Made by a program: the position numbers and the translations under genes. Positions 1 through 8,000 of a stretch of DNA of 17,387 nucleotides are shown one piece after another. The notes beneath the pieces are model-generated. The model searched no databases. It was not told the DNA's origin and was given only the letters and a program-made list of their open reading frames with translations. Numbering within the stretch: the first letter of the stretch is position 1; every line of letters starts with the position of its first letter. Source of the DNA: Verrucomicrobiota bacterium (GTDB taxonomy: Bacteria; Verrucomicrobiota; Verrucomicrobiia; Limisphaerales; SXQI01); the NCBI GenBank assembly GCA_033762115.1, contig JANRLX010000095.1, forward strand, positions 1-17,387, in the 5' to 3' direction.

Positions 1-43
1 CAGAAATTTGAGCACTGCAAATCCGAAGCCGCTGGAGCGATAA
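1..43 (+). CDS. Possible 3' end of a convergent upstream gene (RNLSTANPKPLER*), product unknown
   Basis: Frame starting at base 2 is open to TAA at 41-43, immediately before the 49-82 hairpin. Too short to verify. Confidence 0.25.
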   Translation, partial: RNLSTANPKPLER

Positions 44-82
44 AAACGATCGACCCGCCTCATTCATGAGGCGGCAGTCGAT
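41..82 (-). terminator. Rho-independent terminator-like hairpin, possibly bidirectional
   Basis: Inverted repeat ATCGAC-CCGCCTCA(55-62)/TTCA loop/TGAGGCGG(67-74)-ca-GTCGAT. On the minus strand it is followed by CGTTTTTA (TAAAAACG at 41-48). It lies about 110 nt downstream of the GH140-like stop codon. Confidence 0.65.
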
Positions 83-146
83 GAAATTCGTGTGGCGTCG
101 AGTCATTCCCGGTTGCGTCAGCAAACGGCACAACTGTAGCACACAG

Positions 147-174
147 CTTATCCCACGCCAGCGGCAAGGATAAG
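147..174 (-). other. Second stem-loop just 3' of the GH140-like stop codon
   Basis: CTTATCC (147-153) ... GGATAAG (168-174) with an inner GCC-agc-GGC stem. On the minus-strand RNA, G-U pairs extend the stem. No U-tract follows. Confidence 0.4.
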
Positions 175-190
175 AATAGAAAGATGAAGA

Positions 191-1606
191 TTATTTGACC
201 TTGCCGGGGGCAGGATATTTCCTGGAGGAGTCATCCAGAACGAGGACCCAATCCATCATTTCGCCGTAATCTGGAGGGACGAATTCTTTTGTGCCCTGGT
301 TGGAAAACTCGCCAATTTTGTCTGCTTTTCCATTGCGGGGATTAAACCACCATGCGGTGACCCTGGAGCCTTTTATTTTGTCCATATGGACAGAGAATTT
401 CCGGCCTACGGGCACATAAATCATGGCGTAAGTGCCGTCAGTGTCCCTGGTGGCAACAAGCCTTTTAATGCCTGCCCCGGGAATTGAGGTCTGGACTTTA
501 TCCTGAACGATCACGGAGTCGTCAGGAATCCGGGTGAGGAATGGACGTGATTCGATCAGATGGCGGCCATGTTGCATTTGAGCCGCGCCGGGCTGGTCGA
601 TGGCTTCAAACCAGGGCATGAGCGGGTTATTAATGGGAGGGCGATTGCTGGCGTGCATCTGCCAGACAGAGTGGTGCCCGTAAGTGTGGCCGAACGCACC
701 GGAAAAGAGGTTCCAGTAAAGAGGGCGACGGACATCAGCAGCGACGGAGTGTCCGAGCTCTTTGGCATTGAATGAGACTGGGTGATCCTCATAGATCGGT
801 TCGCCATCCATCACAGGTTTGGTGGGTGACAAGTTGTAGTCGGTGGAGGTGGCAGAGTAACGGCTGGTGAATTCGGTGACGTGGCCGTTCTGCCGCATGT
901 TGAAATCCAACCAATCCTCATTGTGCAACCAGCGAGAGGAACCTTGTCCGCCCGGAGGATGGAAGGTAATCAGATGCTCGCCGCCATCTCCTTTGCGCAA
1001 GCCCTGGGCCATGGCACGGATGACTTCCTTGTGCTGGTCATTTTCGATGGTGCGGTCACCACCTGTGATCCAGATGATCGGCTTGTTCTTGTAACGTTTT
1101 CCGAGCCATTCCCCGTAAACTGCGGCATTGTCCTTGTTAAAAATTGCTTTGGATTCCGCGGGATTTTTGTAATGCCATTTATCACCCCAGGTGGGAAGAA
1201 AACCGATGATCAGGCCAAGTTCCTCGGCGCGGTTGACAATATAATCGACATGGTCCCAGTAATCATTTTGCGGGCCATCCTTGACGTCCGGCTTTGTGGG
1301 GTCGTTATCGACAAGAGGTTTGTGCCCGTAAGGATTGGGATCGTTCAATCCATCGAGTTCCGCGAGAGCCACCGCCTGGATAACGGTGTAGCCTTTGCTT
1401 GCGCGATTTTTGAGGTACTTGTCCGCTTCCTCCCGATTGAGGCGATGGAACAGTTCCCAGGCAGTATCGCCCAAATAAAAAAATGGTTTGTTATTTTCAG
1501 TGACGAGAAATCGTTTGTTTTCGCTGACCTTGAGACGGGGCGCAGCTTCAAGAGTGACGAAGGAGAGGGCCGCAGTAGCAAGCAGTTTGATGAATACGTT
1601 GTGCAT
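191..1606 (-). CDS. Secreted DUF4038 / GH140 apiosidase-like glycoside hydrolase with C-terminal putative collagen-binding-like beta domain
   Basis: 471 aa. Signal peptide [21 protein letters not shown]. Family motifs [87 protein letters not shown]-terminal module AWWFNPRNG...DWVLVL. Confidence 0.85.
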   Translation of the reverse strand: MHNVFIKLLATAALSFVTLEAAPRLKVSENKRFLVTENNKPFFYLGDTAWELFHRLNREEADKYLKNRASKGYTVIQAVALAELDGLNDPNPYGHKPLVDNDPTKPDVKDGPQNDYWDHVDYIVNRAEELGLIIGFLPTWGDKWHYKNPAESKAIFNKDNAAVYGEWLGKRYKNKPIIWITGGDRTIENDQHKEVIRAMAQGLRKGDGGEHLITFHPPGGQGSSRWLHNEDWLDFNMRQNGHVTEFTSRYSATSTDYNLSPTKPVMDGEPIYEDHPVSFNAKELGHSVAADVRRPLYWNLFSGAFGHTYGHHSVWQMHASNRPPINNPLMPWFEAIDQPGAAQMQHGRHLIESRPFLTRIPDDSVIVQDKVQTSIPGAGIKRLVATRDTDGTYAMIYVPVGRKFSVHMDKIKGSRVTAWWFNPRNGKADKIGEFSNQGTKEFVPPDYGEMMDWVLVLDDSSRKYPAPGKVK

Positions 1607-1614
1607 GGTGGTAG

Positions 1615-2454
1615 TTATTTATAGGAAGAACTGTGTTTTGAAAACCATTCCCAATCGGCAGGGTGAGCGTTGGGAAGCCATGAGATATCATTGGCCTGGA
1701 CGATACCACCGCCGCCTTTGACTTTTGAAAGGGAGCTTCGCCATTTTTTAATTTCTGAGTGACCATCCGCAAACGTGACGCCTGCAGCATCACCGTGGCG
1801 ACCAGAAGGAGCATCCAACCAGCGGGTATCGGCTGCCTGGTTGGGGGTTTTTGGATTTTTCAGCCTGTTGAATGGGAAAAAGTGTGAATCGTTGATGCTG
1901 TTTTCATGTTCATCGATCAAAATATAAACTTCGGTGGGCCCAGGAGTGGTGAGATCAGTGGTTTTACGGATACGGGCCAGGTGGGAATTGGACTCGACCC
2001 AGGGTGTTTGTGTATATCCCATGAAAGCGTTCATGGCGTAGCTGCGATTCCGGAGTCGGGGCTTTCCACCAACAAGCAAACCGGCTTTGTCAGCGGGGCA
2101 GCGAAAGACGTCTTTGCTGGTGAGGTATCGATAAGTGGGGCTATTGGTAATATAACGATCATCAGTGGCAGCGCCCCCTGTGAGGTCGCCCTCGCACCAG
2201 GCAGGGGCGTTAGGGGGAGATGTAACAGCGGTGGGACCAAGGGCTGTATCATTGAAATCTGCCGCATAAAGTGTCCAGGCAAGGCCAAGTTGTTTGGCGT
2301 TATTCATGCACATGATGCCTCCCGCCTTGAGTTTGGCTTTGGATAGAGCGGGGAGCAGCATGCCAGCAAGAATGGCGATGATGGCAATGACGACGAGAAG
2401 CTCAATGAGAGTGAAGCCGCGACGAACTTTCGGTTGAAAAGAATAAAGCCTCAT
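1615..2454 (-). CDS. Prepilin-type N-terminal cleavage/methylation domain protein with H-X9-DG motif (DUF1559-like PVC pseudopilin family)
   Basis: 279 aa. Class III signal [29 protein letters not shown], then [19 protein letters not shown] and RSYAMN. Exact H-X9-DG motif ([12 protein letters not shown]) at 1762-1797. Ends 8 nt before the GH140-like start. Confidence 0.92.
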   Translation of the reverse strand: MRLYSFQPKVRRGFTLIELLVVIAIIAILAGMLLPALSKAKLKAGGIMCMNNAKQLGLAWTLYAADFNDTALGPTAVTSPPNAPAWCEGDLTGGAATDDRYITNSPTYRYLTSKDVFRCPADKAGLLVGGKPRLRNRSYAMNAFMGYTQTPWVESNSHLARIRKTTDLTTPGPTEVYILIDEHENSINDSHFFPFNRLKNPKTPNQAADTRWLDAPSGRHGDAAGVTFADGHSEIKKWRSSLSKVKGGGGIVQANDISWLPNAHPADWEWFSKHSSSYK

Positions 2455-2459
2455 AACAT

Positions 2460-2478
2460 GTCAGATGGTCTGACCAGT
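2460..2478. promoter_or_regulatory. FadR/GntR-type operator: palindrome TGGTC-T-GACCA (2466-2476) overlapping a second inverted repeat GTCAGA-tgg-TCTGAC (2460-2474)
   Basis: Matches the FadR-subfamily consensus TnGT-N3-ACnA. Lies in the 58-nt gap between the GntR gene and the prepilin-type gene, 11 nt upstream of its ATG. Confidence 0.75.
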
Positions 2479-2505
2479 TAATGGCATTTCCTGTTCAGAA
2501 TTCAA
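2476..2505 (-). promoter_or_regulatory. Candidate sigma70 promoter for the prepilin-GH140 operon
   Basis: Minus strand reads TTGAAT (2500-2505)-N18-TTAACT (2476-2481). The -10 element overlaps the first base of the operator palindrome, a typical repressor geometry. Confidence 0.4.
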
Positions 2506-2512
2506 TCAAATT

Positions 2513-3235
2513 TTATTCTGCGTTCTTGAGACGTAGCTCGAGCGAACGAAGCAGTGTGGTTTGCGCTTCGTTCATATGCTCCTGCATGGCCCGGCGAGCT
2601 TCAACCACATTGGAAGATTTAACCGCAGCAAGAATATTTTGATGGTGAAGGAGTGCCCTGTCCGGAGTGCCGGGGACGTCAAAACCCACTTCGCGAATCT
2701 GGCGGAGAACAGAGGCGACAGAATTCAGGAGGAGCGAAAAAAGCTCGTTTTGGGTGGACTGGGCGAGAGCAGCATGGAATCCCATGTCCCATTCGAGGAA
2801 AACCTGGCGATTGGAATGAATTTCGGCGCGGTTCTCCAGAATTTCCTCCATGCGTTGGATATCTGAATCAGTGCGGCGAGCGGCAGCGAGGGCCACAATT
2901 TCAACTTCGAGAAGGCGACGGACTTCCATGACTTTATGATGCTCGAGTTCGCCCTGCGAACTGCGGAGAATGAGCGCCATCGGCTGGGCGAGGCTTTCCA
3001 GGGATGGTGTGGATACCATGGTCCCCTTCCCCTGCTGAACATCCACCATGCCACGTGCGGCGAGGGAACGGATGGCTTCCCTGACCACGGTGCGGCTGAC
3101 CTGAAAACGGTCTGCCAGGTCCCGCTCGGCGGGAAGCTTGTCACCCGGACGCAAGTGAGAGCCAAGGATCAGTTGCTCGACCTGGGAGGAAACCCGTCCA
3201 GTCAGTGTCTGGTCACGTTCAATCGCTCGAAACAT
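2513..3235 (-). CDS. GntR-family transcriptional regulator, FadR subfamily (wHTH + FCD domain)
   Basis: HTH LRPGDKLPAERDLADRFQVSRTVVREAIRSLAARGMVDVQQGKGT. FCD motifs EVRRLLE, DMGFHAALA..TQN, HHQNILAAV, AMQEHM. ATG at 3235 (MFRAIERDQTL, 240 aa) is preferred over the ORF-track start at 3274. Confidence 0.93.
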   Translation of the reverse strand: MFRAIERDQTLTGRVSSQVEQLILGSHLRPGDKLPAERDLADRFQVSRTVVREAIRSLAARGMVDVQQGKGTMVSTPSLESLAQPMALILRSSQGELEHHKVMEVRRLLEVEIVALAAARRTDSDIQRMEEILENRAEIHSNRQVFLEWDMGFHAALAQSTQNELFSLLLNSVASVLRQIREVGFDVPGTPDRALLHHQNILAAVKSSNVVEARRAMQEHMNEAQTTLLRSLELRLKNAE

Positions 3236-3240
3236 CGAAG

Positions 3241-3255
3241 GATGGTCATAGCAGT
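3241..3255. promoter_or_regulatory. Degenerate second operator copy upstream of the GntR start (probable autoregulation site)
   Basis: GATGGTCATAGCAGT (3241-3255) matches GATGGTCTGACCAGT (2464-2478) at 12 of 15 positions, in the same orientation, 5 nt upstream of the ATG at 3235. Confidence 0.5.
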
Positions 3256-3512
3256 AGAGCATGCCTGCCAGCAAGATTGAAATGGAGGCAGATGGTGCAA
3301 GCTTGTTACTTTTCCGAATTTAATGGATTAGTTATGCAAGTCCGGAGAAGGCACGGAGAACAGATGAGCGATGTCGATGGTGCCATGATGACATTGTCCG
3401 CCTGGAATGATCAACTCTGCCAAAGCCTTCATGAGTTCGAATGTCCTTTCATTTGGAAAAGCATTTTTGGCGGGTGCTCTCTCCAAGAAACTTTAAAAAG
3501 CACGAATTTTCC

Positions 3513-3540
3513 TTGTCATCGAAGAATTGCTATTTACCAT
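3513..3540 (+). promoter_or_regulatory. Candidate sigma70 promoter for the dehydrogenase-Rhs unit
   Basis: TTGTCA (3513-3518)-N16-TACCAT (3535-3540) in the AT-rich divergent intergenic region, 100 nt upstream of the GTG at 3641. Confidence 0.4.
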
Positions 3541-3640
3541 CACATCGTTCGCTAAAAATATCAAAATCACCGCAGGCAAGTTCTGTCTACATTCATATGG
3601 CATCTGATAGGAAAATCTATTTTAGAGAAAAGGCAAGGCC

Positions 3641-5002
3641 GTGTTATTCTGGCTGATCCTTGGGCTCATCGTGGGAGAAACGGCACTTGTTGCTGAAACT
3701 TTCATCAAAGAACGGGTGCTGCCAGCTCCTCATTCCAAATATGGAATGAAAAGCCCTGTTGACTTTGATATCGATGCTCAAGGTACGATTTATTATATAG
3801 AGCGGGCTGGGCTTTTAGGGCGACTAAGGAGAGGGGAAAAGGAAAGCACGACAATTGGGAAATTCGACACGTTTGTTGGCTATGAGGAAGGGCTCTTGGC
3901 AGTAAGCCTTCAAACTGTGGAAACTATTCAAAAGCTCTTTTTGTTTCGCTCATTGCCAGAGACGTTTCAGAACGAACAGGGGCAACGCGCAGGAAAAATT
4001 CGTGTCTCACATTTTACCTTAACAGAAGCTGGCATTGACCTGAATTCAGAGCAAATTGTCATTGAAATTGAAGTCCAAAGAGAGGAATGCTGTCATTCAG
4101 GCGGCGGCATGGCCTTTGATCCGGAAGGGCACCTTTTTATTGGAACCGGAGACAACACCAGTCCTTTTTATTCAGATGGCTATTCGCCTTTAACTGAAAG
4201 GATTCGCTCTCGGGATGCCCAGGCCACAAGTGCCAATTCCAATTCGCTTCTGGGCAAAATATTGAGAATCAAGCCAAAGCTCACTGGTGGGTACACTGTT
4301 CCAGAGGGGAATTTGTATGGCGCAGCGATGCAAAAAAGCCGTCCTGAAATTTATATTAGCGGAGTGCGCAACCCCTACAGATTGTCAATTGACCCGGTAA
4401 ACAAGGATATTTATTGGGGTGATCCCGGCCCAGATGCCAAACGTGCATCAACTCGAGGCCCGAGAGGAGGAGATGAAATTAACCGCGCGACTGGTCCGGG
4501 CTTTTTTGGCTGGCCCTATTATTTAGGCACCAATGAAGCTTATCGAGTTGAAACCCCTCTTTCCAATACGTCTTCGAATAACACAGGAGTATCAAATCTC
4601 CCAAATCCACAGGGAAGCCTTTTGTTTTACAGCAATGAACCTCACCCAACCTATCCAGTATTAGGAAATGGTGGAGGATGCACTGCAATGACGGGACCGA
4701 TATATATTTTTAATATCGCAGCCAATGAATCGAATGGGTTGCCCGAAAAGTACGACAGACATCTCTTTTTTTATGATTGGTCAAGAAATTGGATTTGCCT
4801 TCTCAGGCTTAACAAGGATGGGGGGCCTTTAACAGATCCCGATGGTCAACTCGAAATTATACGTTTTGCACCGGAGCTTCGTTTCAAACGTCCGATTAAA
4901 TTGATGATTGGTCCCGATTTTTGTTTGTATGTCTTAGAGTACGGCAGCAGCTGGGGAGTTAGTGCCGATTCTGCGTTAACCCGTGTCAAATATATTCAAT
5001 AG
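3641..5002 (+). CDS. Glucose/sorbosone dehydrogenase (PQQ-dependent sugar dehydrogenase-like) six-bladed beta-propeller, exported
   Basis: 453 aa. GTG start with an in-frame TAG at 3623. Hydrophobic N-terminus. Motifs EEGLLAV, QREECCHSGGGMAFDPEGHLFIGTGDN, SLLGKILRIKP, YTVPEGN, PEIYISGVRNPYRLSID, GDPGPD, DEINR, GWPY, GPDFCLYVLEYG. Confidence 0.85.
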   Translation: MLFWLILGLIVGETALVAETFIKERVLPAPHSKYGMKSPVDFDIDAQGTIYYIERAGLLGRLRRGEKESTTIGKFDTFVGYEEGLLAVSLQTVETIQKLFLFRSLPETFQNEQGQRAGKIRVSHFTLTEAGIDLNSEQIVIEIEVQREECCHSGGGMAFDPEGHLFIGTGDNTSPFYSDGYSPLTERIRSRDAQATSANSNSLLGKILRIKPKLTGGYTVPEGNLYGAAMQKSRPEIYISGVRNPYRLSIDPVNKDIYWGDPGPDAKRASTRGPRGGDEINRATGPGFFGWPYYLGTNEAYRVETPLSNTSSNNTGVSNLPNPQGSLLFYSNEPHPTYPVLGNGGGCTAMTGPIYIFNIAANESNGLPEKYDRHLFFYDWSRNWICLLRLNKDGGPLTDPDGQLEIIRFAPELRFKRPIKLMIGPDFCLYVLEYGSSWGVSADSALTRVKYIQ

Positions 5003-5003
5003 C

Positions 5004-8000
5004 ATGAACTTCACACGTTATATCCAAAATGTTTTGAAAGGATTGTTGGTGCTTTCTTTAGTTTATTTTGAAAGCAGGGCAGCGCAAGACAGCCATAGAA
5101 ATTTTAAGGTCCTGGAACGTGGCGCTGATTGGAATATAATTTCAGTAGAGAGCAGCTTTATCAATGGTGATGGAAATGTGAGCGTTGTAACAAACTCCAT
5201 TTATCAGCTTGAAACTGGTCTCAACAGCTGGTCTGCGGATGGCCAGTGGGAACCGGTGACGAATGAATTTATATTAAAAGACGGGCATGCCGTTGCACAA
5301 GGTTCTCATCACAAGATTACCATTCCTGCTGATATATCGAACAAGGAGGGAGTCGTTGTTCAGTTTAAAAACAAATTACTAAGAAGTCATGTATTCGGTC
5401 TCGTTTTGTATGATTCTGCATCGGGGAATTCTGCATTAATCGGGGAGGTTCGTGCTACGCAGGGTGTTCTGGTAAAACAGAATGAGGTTGTATTTCCTGA
5501 TTCGTTCGATGGTATCAAGGCAGACGTTAAGTATATTCACAGCAAGCAGGGAATTGAGCAGGACATATTGATTTATGAGAATCCCGCGCTTCCTGAAGGC
5601 TTTTCGGAGGAAACCACTCGGTTAGAGGTCTGGACTGAATTTTCTGAGTTTCCCGCGGCAAAAGTATCAATCAAGTCACAGGTAAAAGGGAATTGGGATG
5701 CCAGGCAAAACCGATTGGCCGAAGATTTGATTGATGAAGAAATTGACTTTGAAGACTTCAAGTTTGGAGAGGGAAAGTCCTTTGATGTCAATGACAGAGA
5801 TCATGTTCGTTCTATCGTTTCCAAAACGTGGACAAGGATCGGTAACCGGACTTTTTTGATTGAGGCTGTGCCCTTGAATACCGTGCAAGAAAGCCTCCTT
5901 CGGTTGCCCCGGCAAAAAAAGAACCAGGCATTTCGCACCGGTCGACGGGAAGAAATTGCGTCGTTACTTTCAAATTTTGGCAAAGACCCAAATCAAGTCG
6001 CTGATAAATTTGGCAAAAGGATAGCTGCAAACGAAACCGTACTGCCCTTCACTATTGATTATGTGCTTCAAGCCGCTGGCACTTTAACGGATGTACGATT
6101 TCGTCGAGGGGTAACGTATCTGATCACAGGTCCAGTGGTCCTCAATGGACAGAAAACGATCTTTGAAGGAGGCAGCGTGATTAAGTTTTCGAAGGAAAGC
6201 GGAGCAAAGCTGCAAGTGAACACCAACGCGGTTTTTGATACGTCCCCTTATCAACCTGTTGTATTCACAGCATCAGATGATAATTCGATCGGAGAAATCA
6301 CCCCGAACTCTGGTGGAGCCCTCGAACCGGGCAAATACGCTGAGGTGGCAATTGAATTCAATGCTGTTGCTGCAAAAGCATCATTTTACGCCAAGGACTT
6401 GCGTATTTTATATGCTAAAACAGCCATTAAATTAGTTGGAGGGATTGGGCATCATGTCAGCAATCTCCAAATTGGTTATTCCAAAACCGGTATTCAACTT
6501 GACTCCGCTGAAGCGTATCTCGGAAACGCACTGATTTTTGCAACAGAAACATCGTTATCTGCTTCCGGATCTTCGCTTTGCAGGGCCGAACACGTCACAC
6601 TCGACTCTCCCACTGTAATTGCAGGGAGTATCCCGGGAAGTCCGGCTCCCGCTAGCGGATGGGCCACTTTTGTGAACAGTCTCATCACGGGAACAGCGAA
6701 TGATCCTTCCATCCCATTAATCAATACTCCTGCACAACTGGCATCTGGCGATACTTTCGCCTCCAGCCAGGGGGGAACTCATTATTTAAAAGGTTCCTTT
6801 TCCTACAGGCGCACTGCGAATCCGGCGCTGAATAATCCTTTACTCAATACTGCGCTGGAGAAGATGACTGTAACGGCCCCTATCATGGTAGATGGTAACT
6901 ATCAGGCAGATTTTGTTCTCAGGCCGATCATACCTCGTGATGCAAAGGTAGAGGAGCCTGGATATCATTACCCAGCGATTGATTTTGTCTGGTCCAATTT
7001 GTTGCTGACAAACTCAACCCTGGTCCTTAGCAACGGGGTTGCGGTAGGAATCGCCGGAAGTACGGGATTAACAGTTACGAATAAAGGCAGTTTAATTTCC
7101 GAAGGAACTGCGTTAATTCCAAACCGTATTTTTCCTGCGTTCAATGTCGCCGAACTTCCCATTCCGGGAAGCCACCGATCGCCGGTTTTAATCAGGATCA
7201 ATGTCGCGGATGTCAACAACCGGGGGAAAGTCACTGCGAAAGATACGGAGTTTTATGGCATGGGCTCAGGCACGGTGGGTATATTAAGCCTGGTAGATCG
7301 CCTTGCAGAAGTAACTTTAAAAGATTGCCTTCTCCAAGGCGCCCATCTCGATCTGCTGGAGCCGTCATCCCCATTTTCAGCATCTTCCGCTTCCTGGTTG
7401 AAGTTGATTAATAATAGTTTTATTGACTCCCGTTTTAATGTTGTCAAAGCGCATTATGCGGCAAATACAGCCCTTTCAGGAGAGATTTTTAATAATACCT
7501 TTTACAACTCACCAGTGACCATCAGGCTGGAACAGCCCTCCTTTGGATATCCTCCTGCCTGGACTATTCAGGAAAACATTTTCGATTCAGAAAGCCCGGT
7601 ATTGGAGGCTTCTCCATATGCAACCCTTCTTCATTCACACACTGGGTTCGTCAACTGCACGGCATGGAGCGAGCCGGGCATGGTATCCTTGTCGAGTTTC
7701 AACTACGAAAAAGGCCCTTTAGGTGCGTTGTATCATTCCACGACATCGTTTCAGAACAAAGGGACCAGGAGCTTATCAGCTTCCCAACTTTATCATTTCA
7801 CGACCACATTAAATCAGGTGCGGGAGGGGGAGGGCTCACCCACCCTGGACATTGGAAAACATTACCTGGCTTCAACAAAGCCATTTTCATCATTAGCAGG
7901 GTACTCAGGCACAGCGGGGCAGTATGGATGGAATTACCATTTTGCGGCGGCAGCTACACCAAATGTCTTCGTGCCTGGAACGTTCGACCCTTTGACAGCA

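Noticed and set aside
3236..3274. Longer N-terminus of the GntR regulator given by the ORF track (MLAGMLYCYDHPS)
   Set aside because: GntR HTH domains begin close to the N-terminus, and the extension overlaps the operator-like site at 3241-3255. ATG 3235 fits better.
556..3280. Overlapping ORFs in the track on the opposite strand or in shifted frames (e.g. 881..1624 +, 1906..2346 +, 2725..3165 -, 2936..3280 +)
   Set aside because: Shadow ORFs of three well-supported genes, with no recognisable motifs.
3205..3656. ORFs 3205..3555 (+) and 3441..3656 (+) in the divergent intergenic region
   Set aside because: No motifs, Cys/Ser-rich random-looking composition, overlap with neighbouring starts and candidate promoters. 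A small RNA or peptide cannot be excluded but has no support.
5914..5920. A7 homopolymer in the giant ORF as a phase-variation tract
   Set aside because: Too short, and it simply encodes Gln-Lys-Lys in frame.
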